64,000 nt of DNA from Veleropilina oligotropha (Eukaryota). Both the position numbers and the translations under genes were made by a program. Below the pieces are notes generated by a model, which was not told the origin of the DNA, did not search any database, and worked only from the letters and a program-made list of their open reading frames with translations. This document shows, piece by piece, positions 1 to 13,897 of this stretch; positions within the stretch are counted from its first letter, which is position 1, and each line of letters opens with the position of its first letter. The stretch is from positions 496,001 through 560,000 of the forward strand of contig JBEUKZ010000060.1 of assembly GCA_048128005.1 (NCBI GenBank), given 5' to 3'.

Positions 1-414
1 TAGTACCATTGTCTGGTGCGCATTTTCAGTCTCCAGTGGCAAATGAGATCTTGAACAGTGTTTGTTCTTTAATGTTTAATCTCACTTGATGCGTAGCCAC
101 GGGACAAGCAGAGTGCGTTTTATTCTCACCAATGCCATTTATTTATTATATTTGACTTCTGGTCCTTGTTTAAAATAGTCAATTTATGTTTTTGCTCAAT
201 TTCTAATCTTTTCAATAATATAACTTTGTTAGGGGAGGTAACCATGGGACACGAGAGAATCATATTCAATGTCACCAACTTCATTTTTTTTAACTACTGA
301 ACCTTGGTTGAAAAATATCAAGAACCTTTTGCCACACGATGACTGAACATATTTATTGATAACCACCATTGAATGAGACAGAACTGTGTTTTCATTTCTA
401 CCAACTCCTGATCA

Positions 415-595
415 TTTTTGTCTCGCCCCGAAGGGAAAGCGAGACTTAGGGATTGCATTTTCCGGCGGCGGCGGCGGCGGCGTCGTGTCATTTTCGGTTA
501 AAGTTTTTTCGGTTAAAGTTTTTCATTGAATAGAATTTTCTGATACATTGATATATATATTTAAAGGGCGAGACATATCAGACCGTGGTTCTTGT
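415..595 (+). mobile_element. Short Helentron-associated (HINE/DINE-1-like) non-autonomous element
   Basis: 5' hairpin gtctcgccc...gcgagac, (GGC)n microsatellite, 3' copy gggcgagaca, ends cttgtt. Confidence 0.55.
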
Positions 596-766
596 TTAAG
601 TTATAAGGTGTTTATATAATGTAATATTTTTGTTACTCTTTTTAAAAATGTCTATAGTATGTACTTAACAAGTCTATAGAACATTAGACATATAGAACAT
701 TAGATATCTAAGAAATGCTTACAAAATATGTCTGATTTACAGTGTGGATTATTATTTTATTGGCAG

Positions 767-3700
767 GCCTATCAAATATGGATCCCTGGGCTTCATATTG
801 GGACATGAGCTGACCCATGGGTTTGATAATGCAGGTAATGTACTGTAGTGAGCTGTGTATGTCTGTGATCTTTTACTATGCAGCTGTAAACCTTACTCCA
901 TCCAAACATTACATCAAATAATAAATATGATACATCAAATCTTTTCTTTTCAGTATGATCTTTTCGTTGTGAACAAATTTTATATATGATTATTATTATA
1001 CCACTGTGTCATAAAACTTGGCGGATGACACCGTGTGTACCTGTGGCCAAGTTTTAAAAATGTTTACATTTAAAAAAGCAGGTATAAGATTTACATAGAC
1101 TATAATGTGTCAGGTCTTTGACTTCTAAATTATTATATATAAACTTGACCGACCCGATTATGACCTATAGTGTTGGCGTGGTCGTTAAACATCAAATCAA
1201 ATCAAATTGTCTTCTAAACTGTACTGTCAGCAACATTCAAATTTATAATAGAAACATTTTTAATTTGAAAGTAAATTTTAGTGATCAATGATTGATGAAT
1301 GGAAGTTTTTATCTAATTGAAATTTTTTGTTTTCTTTGACACAAACGTTTACTGTTTTGTTCTCTCTTCCATTGATGAAAATAAAATATGCCCGTATTGA
1401 CCAAAAAATGCAAATTGTCGAGCGGAGATATTTGTGCTGTGCTCACTTCGTTCTTGGTTTGTAGGTCGCCATTTTGATAAATATGGCAATTTGAAGAACT
1501 GGTGGAGTGCTTCGTCATCGAGCCAGTTTGACAAGAAGACACAGTGCCTTGTTGAGCAATACTCAAAGTTTAAAGTGGGAGACCAGCATGTAAGTCTGTT
1601 AGCTATTAGCCTCTCTGTAAGAATAGATAATACAGCCATGCAGATATCTGACATAACGACCTGAGCAGAAGCAAGGGTTGTTATGTAGATAGCACACAGC
1701 TGTGTCAGTGTATTATCTGGCATATATACCAAACAATCTATTGTAAATTTCAATGTGTCACTCCTTAATAGTATAATGAATATTAGATATCAGCCTTGAG
1801 CACTTTATGAGAAGTGGACTCTTCTATCATCATGAGTTTGCCACCATGTAATTAATTGGATTTGTCTGGGAGTTTTGTATTTTTAATATCAATTTCGCCT
1901 CGTGAATAGAAGCGCACGTGTTCGCTCATGCGTGTGTGTGTGTATTTAAAATTGTATGCATGTATGTATGTTTGCATGCATGTTTATGTATATATATACA
2001 TACCGTGGGCTCTATATCAGAACAAATGGACTGGGAGAGAAAGGTGGCTCATTGTTCAGGGTAATTACCCAAACAATCAGATTCCCTCAAGTGGAGCCCA
2101 GCTCTTGGGATTAATAATGGACTGAAAGGTGTGAATGGAAGAGTCCACTGTTTTTGATAACATGGCGCACAGCCTGTTATCACGGGCAATTCCATTTTTA
2201 AGGGGTTACAGCTTGCTATTTACAAGAGATTTTCATGGCATGTATGACAAATATTAACCTGCCACCCCAGTGCGATATCAGTCTTAATATCTCTCGCAGA
2301 GCTCGAGCCATTAACGCTGATATCGCCCAGCGTGGCAGGTTATTATTTATTATGTCTCCCCATCCGAAAGATGGGAGAGACATATTGTTTTACACTCTGT
2401 TCTCCTGCTCTTTCTCTTTCTCCGCCTTCTTCCTCACTTTTCTTGTCCGGACTAGATCTCAGGTCCTATACGTGCCAGCATTATTTCCTTTGGTAAATTA
2501 AACCGTCCAAGCATGCCATTGTGCTTTTCGGTAAAATTCACGAAAACGACTTTCGACCTTGACGTAACAACCTTTGACCCCAAAATCGTGTCCGGCCTGG
2601 TTCTCGGAGACGTCAAATCTTATCCTTCTAATTTCTTTGTAGGTGCATGGTCCACAACCCAAGCATGTGCAGGGCGCTAAAATTTTGCACCTTTGACCTG
2701 GCGCTGTGACCTTGATAAACAATTTCCATATTTGGGAATTCTTATATTTTATTGTTTTCTTAATTTTGTTTACCAAATTCATTCCGGAGGGTGATTACAT
2801 TATATAACAATGTTCAATTTTGTTGTTCGGTCAAAGGTCAAGGTCACAGAGGGCAAAATGTACTTTCTCTAAAACTAGATCTCGGGTCCCAAATAGTGTC
2901 CGGCCTGGTTCTTGGAGACGTCAAATTTTATCCTTCTAATTTCTTTGTAGATGCATGGCCCACACTTCAAGTATGTGCAGGGCACTAAAATTTTGCACTT
3001 TTGACCTTGGCACCGTGACCTTCATTTTTATATTTGTTTTCTTAATTATTTTTCACCAACTTTTCCCCTGTGGGTGATTACATTATATAACAATGTTCAG
3101 TTTTGTTATTTGGTCAAAGGTCAAGGTCACAGAGGTCAAAATGTACTTTCCTGATTCCATATGTGGGCATTTTTGTATTTTATTGTTTCCTTAATTATTT
3201 TTCACCAAATTTCTCCATGAGGGTGAGTACATTATATAACAATGTTCAACTTTGTTGTTCGGCCAAAGGTCAAGGTCACAGAGGTCAAATTGTACTTTTC
3301 TGATACTCTCCTTGTCCGGGCTAGATCTCGGGTCCTATACAAACCAGCATGACTTCCTGTGATATGCTATCTTCCCTTAACCACGTGCCAATGTGCAAGG
3401 AGGCGTAATTTTTGGAAAATGACCTATGACCTTGCCGTAATGACCTTTGACCTACTAAAATTCTTGTTGTCTTCATAGGTTCCCATGCCTTGAATGTGAA
3501 GGATGTAAATATTCAGAACATTTGCATAAATCCATCTATTTCTCCAAATATATTTGCACTTCCAGTTCGTGACTTTCCAAACTTCATGAGGGTCTCAATA
3601 TGGAGTGATTTCTTTTACATGGGGAGACATATGTTTTTGTTCACACAAAAACAACTCCTCTAGTTACATATATATTAATTATATGGCTTTTATGGGGTGA

Positions 3701-6700
3701 ACATAAAAGGTGTGGAAAGGTGGCGGAGAGGGGTCATAGGGTAGCGAGAAAGGGTCATAGGGTGGTGGACCCGCCACATTATAAGTGCCTGGGGAGAACC
3801 CTGCTTAATACCGAGATCGAAAGTAGCATTTCATTATTCTGTTGCCTGTGAAGGTTTGGTTTGCATTGATGCTTTTAATCACCTTCCATGCCTTCACGTT
3901 CAGGCCATGACATGTCTATATTATCACAGGTTGAAATTCTGGTCGTCTGTTGGCAACTGTGACTGTTAACTGAACAAAGAGTGCCCCCTTGAGGATTCGA
4001 ACCCACTTTTATTATGCAGAGCAATCAAGCGAGTGAATTCAGAGTCTGCACTCTTTTCCACTCAGCTACCAGAGCGGCCTTGCTGCGAAGGAAGACATTG
4101 TGGATTTGTTAGTCGCTGTTGTCCGTAACAGTGTTGACTTCCTGGTGGTGTTTGAATCTCACTGCATGTTCTCGACTTTGCAATAATATATAAATGTCCC
4201 AATTATCATGTGGATGTTAAAATCAAAACAAATTAAGTCTGTGGTGTCTCTGATGTCATTGGCTCTTCTTGCATCTTTTCAGCAGACCTGTCAATGCTGC
4301 CGTATGTGGCGGGAGGGTCCCGTCGTTGCGAAAAAAAAATTTTTTACTCGCCCTGTATATACCATATTAGGTCACTAACAAACCATGTAACGAATATATC
4401 TTACGGACAACTTTTTTTTACACTGTAACCTGTCTAAACCGGTCACATTCCTGTGGTGTCGTCTGCGCGAACCGTTTTTTGGCCGCCATATTGTTTATTG
4501 ATTTGTAAGCCACAGGGGCGATAACTCTATACCGATCCTGTATGGAGGTGAAGCAACCCCATATGGATTATACAGGGTCGACACGTGATGGGTCTAACCC
4601 AATCACTATCATAGAAACTTGTTGGCGGTAAGATATATGCATATATATATATATATATATATTGATATACGCACGCACGCACGCATAATATATTTATGTA
4701 CATGTATATATAGTGTCGTCGAAGAAATCACCGTCTTTGGCATTTTCTAATGTTGACAGGTCTGTTTCAGGCAAATGGCAAGTACACCCTTGGCGAGAAC
4801 ATAGCCGATAACGGTGGCCTGAAGACTGCCTATCACGCATACCAGTCCTGGCAGAGGGAGAACGGGGTCCAAGAGAAGTATGCAGGGCTCGCCCTGAATG
4901 CAGACCAGCTGTTCTTCGTTGGCTTTGGTCAGGTAGGTAGGCGAAGAGCTCGACTTTGCATTTCTAGTATTTTAATCCATTCCTATTATGGTTGAGAGGC
5001 TGACAGACAAGCTGTTATTATGCTAACTTCATTGATGCATACAATTATTTATTATCTTCTCTGGCATTGCGTGCATCACTTTTTTCAATGCACGTCAATA
5101 ATTTCAAAATATAAAAAAATATTTTCCACAATTTTTTTAAATAATTTCGATCTCGGTTCTGAAAGACTAAGACTGCTGGGATTTGTCATTTAAATATGTA
5201 GAGCTATATTAATTTTTTTTATAAAAAACCTTCCTCATTCCTTTTTTCAACAATAAAAATGAAAAATATGAGACAAAATATATTTAATATTTCTGACATA
5301 ACATTGAATGCTCTATTTATTATATAAATGGGTTAGTTATCAATTAAATAACGTTAACATTGTATAGCCATGCTTATTTTGTGGAAGAACAAACGCGTGC
5401 GCTGTTGACATTGTAATGTGGAAATCTAGTTCGCCATCATAACATCGCCATAGACGACGTCACCATGGACAACGTTTTTAATGACGTCAATTTATGACGC
5501 GTTTTTGATATTTTCACTCACGAGAGTGAAATATGGAAAATATTTTCACTCACGTTAGTGAAAATATATATCAGTGAATTACCGATTATATTTTTGCCAT
5601 TATTTAATGAATAACAGCACCATTTATATAATAATGTATTGTAGTGGACTAGATATCTCGTCCCTGGCAGTGAATGTGTTAAACATCATTTCAATCATTG
5701 TTTTTCAGGAGTGGTGCTCGTTTTCTACGCCCAGCTTTGCTCAACATTCCTTGCTCACGGACCCTCACAGTCTTGCCATGCACAGGTAATGCATCAGGCG
5801 ATGTAGTGTCATACACCCACTACTGGGACGTTGTCATGTTTTCAAGATATGTAGTGTTATAAGTGCAATAATGTCCACTTGGCTCTGGTCAAGTGCTTTA
5901 CACCCAGTCATGTTATATAGCGGCATAGCTTTGTAACTCGGTCAAGCTATATATATGGTGGTGTTATGTTATAAACCCAACCAGGCTATTTAGTAGTGTG
6001 GCATTAGAAACACAATCAGTCCAGGGCTGGACAAATTCTCTAGCACGACGCCAGGGTTAGTGAAAATTTACAAATTATGGAGTCTGGCTAGTGTATTTGT
6101 TTATCGAGGTAGTGTAAATCGCGTATTTTAACAGGATTTGGCTTCTTTAAATTAAACGTTTGGTCTTCCAACGGAGGTCAATTGTATGTACATGGGCTAA
6201 CATGGCTATGAGGAGCTTTTGTAGTGCTTACAATGTGGCTCGAGGTGTTCATTGTCGGGCGAGTGGTTAGCATGGCAGACTCTCAATCGAAGCTGTTAGT
6301 TGTTCCCGGGTTCGATGCCAGCTGCGTTTCATCCTACAGCTTAAAATAATAGAAGGCATATCCATAATGTATGTCGGTCAGATCTAAGTGAGACCTTAAA
6401 CCGGGTGTCCCTATTACGATACGACTGAAAAGTTGCCGCCAAAAGTGGTCGTAAAACAATGTTGCCAACCAATGCTCAGTCAAAATAAGAAAAGATCCAA
6501 ATACGTTAATTTTATTTGAATCAATTAATTTTACAACCACACTTTGAAATTTTCAGTCATATTGTAGTCAGGATCCCTGTTTTAACATCTCTATTAGATC
6601 ATACAGCTGATTCTAGGTGCATCTGAGATTGATCAAATTCTGTTTTCTGGTCTGTCTGTTGGAAATTCCCTTCCACTCCATATCTCGATACTATTTCACC

Positions 6701-7292
6701 TAGGGACACGAAACTTGACGGAAACCTCGCGTGGAGTAAAAGGCCAAAAGCTCATTCAGTCATAACCCATAGGTGTGTCGCATACCGAAAATATGTCACT
6801 GTGACTTACTTTTCATGCTTGACCGCATTTGGTCCAAAATTCGCCTCCTCTCAATATCTTTCATACTACTTGACCGAGGCATACGAAAATTGATCTGTGG
6901 ATGCATCATAACCCATAGGTGTTTCGCGCACCGAAAGTAGATAACTGTGACCTACTTTTCATGCTTCAAAAATTCCTTTCTGGACCATATCTCCCATACT
7001 ATAAATCAGACGGTCACGAAACTTGATATGTGCATGCATCATAACCCAAAGATGTGTCGTGTCGGGTACCGAAAGTAAGTCACTGCGACAGACTGTTCAT
7101 ATGTCAAGCAATTTTGTGGGAACATTTGATCACTCATATTGTTCATTCTAGTTCAATCTCTTGTCATTACCTTGATGTCTTCTGTGTTTCAGAGTGGCGG
7201 GTGTTATTGCCAATATGGCAGAATTTTCCAATGCCTTTCAATGTGCCTCTGGGACACCTGCAAATCCAGAAAAGAAATGTGATGTTTGGTAG
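767..7292 (+). CDS. M13 family zinc metallopeptidase (neprilysin/endothelin-converting enzyme-like), 3' exons only
   Basis: Phase-compatible AG/GT exons: 767-834 ([22 protein letters not shown], HExxH), 1465-1589 ([14 protein letters not shown]...QCLVEQYS), 4771-4932 ([16 protein letters not shown], ExxxD), 5709-5785 (EWCS...TDPHS), 7193-7292 (RVAGVIAN...FSNAFQC...PEKKCDVW*). AATAAA at 7306. The 5' part lies outside the window. Confidence 0.95.
2349..3665 (+). mobile_element. HINE/DINE-1-like non-autonomous element with internal repeats
   Basis: 5' hairpin tgtctccccat...gggagagaca, internal repeats with ggtcaaaggtcaaggtcacagag, 3' ggggagacat plus a small palindrome, ends ctagtt. Confidence 0.6.
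3868..4079 (-). mobile_element. tRNA-derived SINE, diverged copy of the 60082-60343 family
   Basis: Shares caactgtgactgttaactgaac, the ttcgaaccca B-box complement and the gagcggcc end. Confidence 0.6.
6250..6470 (+). mobile_element. tRNA-derived SINE, second family (related copies at about 7885-7990 and 8237-8455)
   Basis: A-box-like gggcgagtggttagc, B-box gggttcgatgcc, shared body cttaaaataataga.ggcatatcc...gagaccttaaaccgggtgtc...ctgaaaa.ttgcc. Confidence 0.6.
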
Positions 7293-8640
7293 ACTCATGG
7301 TGCAAAATAAACGTCAGGATTTAAAAAAAAATTTCACAATATTTGTAATGTTACTTGCATTATTATGTTACTGCATTATATTTTTGTATAATTGTAGCAG
7401 CTATGCAAAATGAGAGTGTTATCACCGTCATTAAGATCAAGGAGGGATACTAGTCTCCGGTTAGATCAAATCAGTATAGACCGACGGGTATGAGTGTGTG
7501 CAGTTGGAAGATCCAGTACTGTTCTCGTTTGCTCCTCAGAGTTTGTGCCTCTGGGAGACTGGGGTCACATGGATGTATACTCGGATACATAATCAATATT
7601 ACAATCAGAATCCAACATTGTTATCCCTTCTTTATCATTGATCATGCCGCCATCATACATGAATATAAAATTGAGTATATCATGTATTTTCTGCGGATAA
7701 TGCCAGATACACACCGGATACATATCGTATACACACTAAACACACCGGATACATTGTTGGAAGGGTATATATAGACCTCCAATAAAGAAACTATCATTTT
7801 CCTCTGATGAAGATACATTTAGTATCGAAACCGGTCAGGACAACCCAGGCGTGCTCGTTATCAATATTTCAAGGCTTGTTCTACCGCTTAAAATAATAGA
7901 TGGCATATCCCTAATGTACGTCGGTCAAACCGGGTTTTCCTACTGCGTTATGGCTGAAAAATTGCCAAAAGTGATAATAAAACAAAGTTACCAGTCATAC
8001 TATTTGACCAACCAACCATACTATTTGACCGAGGGTCACGAAACTTGATGTGTTTATGCATCATAACCCAAAGGTGTGTCACTTATCAAAAGTAGGTCAC
8101 CATGACATACTTTTCACAGTTGATCGCACTTTGCCCCAAATTCCCTTCTGCTCCATATCTCCCATACTAATTGACTATCTACTTTTCACGCTAGATCGCA
8201 TTTCCTCCAAAATTCCCTTCCGCTCCATAAAGACACTGTCCTCGATAGCTCAACTGGTTATAGCGTCGGAAAAACGTAATGTGATACGGTAGGATTTGGG
8301 TTCAAGCCCGCTTCGGCCTGGCTTATTCTAAGTCTTAAACTAATAGATGGCATATCCCTAATGCATGTCAGTCAGATCGGAGTGAGACCTTAAACCGGGT
8401 GTCTCGACCACGTTAAGGCTGAAAAATTGCCAAAGGGGTCGTAAAACCAAGTTGTCACCTCAACACATACCGAAAGTAGGTCAAAGCGACCTAATTTTCA
8501 CACTTTATCGCATTTGGTCCAAAATTCCTTTGCACTCCATATATCCCATACTATTTCATCGACGGACACTAAACTTGATGTGTGTATGTGTCATAGCCCA
8601 AAGGTGTGTCTGTTTTCAAAGGTAGGTCATTGTGACAGCC
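6676..8640. repeat. Degenerate ~150-bp repeats in two blocks (about 6676-7090 and 8015-8640) on either side of the last M13 exon
   Basis: Recurrent ccatatctcccatactat...cacgaaacttgat...catcataacccaaaggtgtgtc...aagtaggtcac. Confidence 0.65.
7800..7840 (+). ncRNA. Minimal type I hammerhead ribozyme (Penelope-like-element style)
   Basis: tcct-CTGATGA-a-gatac(attta)gtatc-GAAA-ccgg-TC-agga: stem I tcct/agga, perfect 5-bp stem II, short palindromic stem III, GUC cleavage triplet. Confidence 0.8.
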
Positions 8641-10559
8641 TATTCATGTGTCAAAGCGATTTTCTTGGGGTAATATGATCACTTCTTGATCACTCGAGGG
8701 TCTTTTTGATGTCTTTGAAATATAATATCTTATTATATGAAGGTTTATATGACCAGAGACTAAAATATTGAGAGGAACTGTACATGGGCTTAAATAAGTT
8801 AAGGAAGAATTCGAAGAAGGATCGAAATATATAATCAGCTGCTCCAATTATCCCCCACCCCCGGCTCCTACGCCTAATTTGGATATGGTAATTTGTAAGA
8901 AGTAGTGGCAATGGCTCCCTAGAAGTCTTCAATCAATTACCACTGCCTGAAATCACCAAGAATGATAATATCCATCAATTGCATGGTGCGACTAAGATGG
9001 ATTGGATTCTTGCTACATGTTTCAATCCATGACAGATGATGCATACAAGTATGGGTGGAGTCAATTTGTGACCAGTGTGGTTTATCCTCACGGTTAAACT
9101 AATATAAGTGATAGGTTAGGAACCCCTTATCCATTCTTAAAACATGTTTTTCATACATACGACTACAAATTGGTAAACATGCAACATGTATAATTTCTCG
9201 TGACTTTGGCAATACATCCATGGTCCGCATTTTAACAAACATGCACTCAGCCTGTGCTGGAATATTCAACTTGTCATATTGACAATGTTATGTGTTTACG
9301 TATATATTGCATATAATATTTTCATATTTCTGACTTGATTTTGTGAAAAATTCATTGCTGAAATGGGTTGCTTAATTATGTTATCTGTGTATATATTAAA
9401 AATGGCATATATGCAATGGGTCTTCCAGTGTACACTGTTTGTGAATATGTTCATCATTGGATATTCTGATGTGTGGTGGTTTATTTATATTTTGGTTCCA
9501 TGCTTGATCTCGACACAGGTGTAATATTATGCTAAAATTTATTGTGGAAATATATTTGATATGATCATTTCAATCTTGCATATTTTTTGTAATATAAATC
9601 AATTTCTGTATTGTGTGTCTTTTCTTCTGGGTAATACAGTGCAAGGCACCCGAGTCTCTACTTGTACATTAGTAGTACGAAGTGTCGTGTTGCCCATCAG
9701 CATGCATTGCGTGGTTGGGTGGATTGATGCTTAGTTTACCACCATCAGATTCAAGACAGGACGTCTATATTATCGTGGGAGGAAAGCCCGGTTGCAAAGG
9801 GAAACTTGACCTCTCCGGCCAGTTACCGGACAAGTATAGGTTACTAACCGAGTTGGAGGTATTCATCGATTTGAAAGACCTGCGCCCGTGCGGATCGTGA
9901 CACAGAGACCGCGGAGCGGTCGAGGTGTTACAGCACGGAAGCAGGTCTTTCAAATAGATGAATACCGACTAACGAGGTTTGTAACCGACTTATACAACGG
10001 CCAATTATAGCTCCTTTGTTGTCAATTTAGCTTGTGATCAGCTTTAGCCGTCTTGCACGGACGCAGGTCGGTATAGAGTGAAAAGTAGGTTGGTATGGCT
10101 ATACCACCCTACTTTTGAATCGTCATTGAAAACAAGGTGTTCACGCTGAATACCAACCTCTTTAAAACAAAAGAGCCGTTGTGTAACTGTGATTGATAAC
10201 TGGACAAAATGTCAATGCCCCAGCCGAGATTCGAACCCACGCCTGTTAGCGCAATCGAGCCGTGATTTCAGAGTCATCACTCGATACCAAACGACTACCG
10301 AAGCGGCCACCATGCATTGCAAGTAGATCTGGATAAATACATGGGATTTCCAAGAAAGAACTCGCCAATAACGTAGTGAAATCAAATATCCCTGGGTCAG
10401 TAAAATTCCAGTTTTAACTAGCCTACATAACATTGCAGTCGAACTCTTTTCAGCTTAGATTGATGTTTGATGTCGCATTTTAAACCTTACAGTGTCATAC
10501 CAGGACATGTCCATATAATCTGCCCATTCAAGACAGTTACTAGTATATATATATATATA

Positions 10560-11976
10560 CACTGGTCACAAAAAGTTAAGGATCACCCTGGGTTTTTTTT
10601 AATAATTTTGTAAATGGTTTAGTTGTCGTATAAAGGAAAGATATAAATAGTCTTGAAGCCTGTTTGTATTTCTTGATCACATTCCGTTACATATTAAATA
10701 TGGTTTTACCACTGTGTATTTTTCCTGAAATGCGCACCAAAAAGTAATCTACAACATGCACTCGCAAGAACAAAGTCCTTTGAAAAATTATCACCGGTTA
10801 TTTGATAAAAGGGTAATACAGAAAGTTCAGCAATTATTGCCAAAAAAACATGGTTGCGAGAAGGAAATTGTCAGCAGTTGGTCATGGTCGTGTGCTAGGT
10901 TGGGTCCAGGATGGTGTTTCTCAAAGAGAAATTTTAAAATGGCAAAGAGCGAGTCCATCCTTCATTCAGCACATCTTGGGGCGCTTCCGGGTCACTGGCA
11001 GCACCGAAGAATGCGCATGCTCTGGACCCCGCAGAAGCTGAGTGTTTGTGCTATGCATTTGGCGGTTCTACCCGACAGAACGGTGAAGGTGGGGTAATGT
11101 TTTGTTTGCCAACGAATCCCGCCTCTGTCTCATATAATAATAATAATAATGTGGATACTTATATTGCGCTTTTTCCATGCACGAATGCTTGCTCAAAGCG
11201 CTACATTATTATGCCCTGGTTAACGGCCTGTTCTGGTCGAGATTCTATCTCAACTCTCTATGCCATCTCAACTCCCTCTGGGAGCATTACAGTCATTTAC
11301 ACGCGGGTAGCGCCATGACTTACATACTGACAATTCCCTCACTGCCAACCAGGTACGCACTCAGATCTCAGATCGGCTGGGTGAACCGAGGCAATATATG
11401 CTTTAATTCCTTGCCCAAGGGAAGTCGCCGGGATCGGGGTTGAACCCCAAACCTCTCGAGTGAGAGGCCAGTGCATCTACCACTGTACCACGGCTGCATA
11501 TGATGCCAGAGTTCGCGTTTGGTTCTACCCGGGAGAGATATTTGTCGACGCTTGTTTTCGAGAGCATGAGTGTTATGGTGGGGGGAGGGATTCATCTTTG
11601 TGGTAGGATCCACCTTGTCCAGGGCAATTTGACAGCATTCATGTACAAAGATGAGATCATGCCGACTTTCCATTCCCTAGGTTCGGGCTCAATCCAGCAG
11701 GATGATTTCGCTTCTCCACATCGGCATCAGCTGATTGATTGATGGACTAGCTAGCTCGATCACCAGATATGGCGCCCAACGAGACCCTCTGTGGTTCACT
11801 TGGCCATGAACACCATCCTCCTGCAGCTCACCTGGGACAGAGTTCATCCAGTTTATTCAACATGAACGAAATGCCATCCTCCAACAGACTCTGTGATCAC
11901 TGCACATTCCATATCTCTTTGCGTTTCATTTTTATAACAGATGTTTTAAGTGATCCTTACCCTCTTGTGACTAGTA
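10560..11976 (+). mobile_element. Decayed Tc1/mariner DNA transposon
   Basis: TA-flanked ~27-bp TIRs (cactggtcacaaaaagttaaggatcac / gtgatccttaccctcttgtgactagta). Broken transposase fragments GVSQREI...RFRVTGS, VLFANESR, SVMVGGGI, QQDDFASPH, SPDMAPNETL. Confidence 0.85.
11134..11496 (-). mobile_element. tRNA-derived SINE (third family) inserted in the Tc1 relic
   Basis: (AAT)n tail at the left. tRNA-like head on the - strand (ccgtggtacagtggtag A box, gggttcaacccc B box). Interrupts the transposase fragments. Confidence 0.7.
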
Positions 11977-12002
11977 TATACGGCTCTCAGATATAGATTA
12001 CA

Positions 12003-12696
12003 CCGTTTTACACGACAAAAAGTAAACCGGTTTGAATCGACATAGATCTAAACCGGTTTATGTTTTGTCTGCGTAAATGCCCCAAAAGCGACTTTAATCG
12101 ACTCCGATCTAAACCTACTCGTGTTGGTAGTTTCAGTCGCTTTGAAAGCCAAACCGGTTTATATTTTTGCCATGTACATGGTCTGAATCGACTTGATCAA
12201 TTCAGATGAGAAAGAGGATTTGTGAATGCGCACACGAAGCAAGCGTCTGCTCTATACCTACATGTACGGTACCGAAGTTGCTTGTATTTTTAATTAAACT
12301 GAAATAATGTCCACCGCCTTAGACTAATCTGATAAAGCGCATCATGTATTGATAACTACTTATGGGGAACAACGCATCTTGATTTGGATCAACACGTAAC
12401 ATCGATATTTACCACGGTATGCTATACGGTCATATCAATTGGAGGTAGGCTAATTTTGACAAGCCTGTTATAAAAAAATTTTCGCAAGTAGGCCTACAGT
12501 GTCTGGTCACTTGTAGAAATATTAATGTCGCTCTGTATATGTTGGATTGTAACTAGGCAATGGGTAATATGTCGACGCCTCTCAATGCGACTTGTCTATC
12601 GTTTTTTTTGAGTAAACGCGACATTATTTTTTAACCAGTTTAGATTGAAAACGACTCTGATGAGAATCGGCTTACATTTTGTCGTGTAAACAGGGC
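12003..12696. mobile_element. MITE (possibly PIF/Harbinger-type)
   Basis: Terminal inverted repeats ccgttttacacgacaaaa / ttttgtcgtgtaaacaggg, internal aaaccggttt palindromes. Confidence 0.55.
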
Positions 12697-13644
12697 TTAT
12701 GACTGTTACCTCAACAAAGTGTCAGTTGATTTAATTGGAACAACGCCTTATCGTATTCTTCCACCGGGACAGTCTAGTTAAACTAATTGTATCATTCAGA
12801 AATGATATTTTAAATACATTGTACAGTCGTTGTTTCATAACATAATATGTGAGGTGCATTCTGTAACGTGCCAGTCAGAACTCCATTAGGCGATGAGGCT
12901 GGATTTCAAAGCCAGTCTTAACAGGTTTCATACACGTATATGGGCTTCGACAAAATTCAAGGACTTTCCAGGACATTATTCATTGAAATTCCACGAAATT
13001 CCTGAGTATGAGACAATAGTGCATCGCATAAATGGTCATATATAAATTTACACAAACTAAATACATGTACGTTGTGACACAAGTAAGATGAGAACAATTA
13101 GCCAAGATAAAAATCATATTCCATGGCATTATCGGTCAATTCCAACCTTTTCAAGGACAACAATAAAAATCCTAGACTTTCTATGTAGCGTACGAACCCT
13201 GAAGAAATTGATTCACTAAATACTGCACTCCGAGCAGTGGGAAAAACGATCATTACATAATATATAATCTAATATATCTAACATAAAAACTCTATCGAAA
13301 GGCATTATGTCAATATATATTGCCAGGGGGTGTAAATGCATGCATGTATTATCTGTCATACACAATATGAAAATCTATTGTAAATTACAAGCTGTAACCC
13401 CTTCAAATGTGGAATTTCCCACCATAACAGCCTCATGGGCGTAATATGAGAGTCGACTGTTCCACTGAAAGAGTGCTGGTCAGCGACCCGAGTAAACTCA
13501 TTGTTTGGGCTGTTAACTGGAACAAATGGGTAACTGCCACTATGAGTCCTATTGGTCAAATATATGCATGATGTGTATGTGATGAAGACTACTGGCTAAG
13601 TATTCGAAACATCAACTCCCTTCAATTATGTTCTAAATAAAGGA

Positions 13645-13897
13645 AAGGAAAGGATAGATTTCCTGTATATTTACAACCATCATGTTAAAATCGAGACAAG
13701 TCCATATTATCGTGGGAGGAAAGTCTGGTCACCCATGAAAACTCGCCCTCTTCGACCAATTATGGACAATCGATTCATAACTGAACAAAATTAATGTCAT
13801 GTTCCAACCGAATTCGAACCCACTACTGTTGGTGTCAGTGGAATCATGCCAGTGATTTCAGAGTCTGCAACCAAACCACACGACTGTCAGAGCGGCA
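13645..13897 (-). mobile_element. tRNA-derived SINE, 60082-60343 family (other diverged copies near 9720-10288, 21225-21422, 27675-27922, 51655-52775)
   Basis: cctgtatatttacaac...tattatcgtgggaggaaa...ggacaa...ttcgaacccactactg...ccagtgatttcagagt...gagcggc. Confidence 0.7.
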
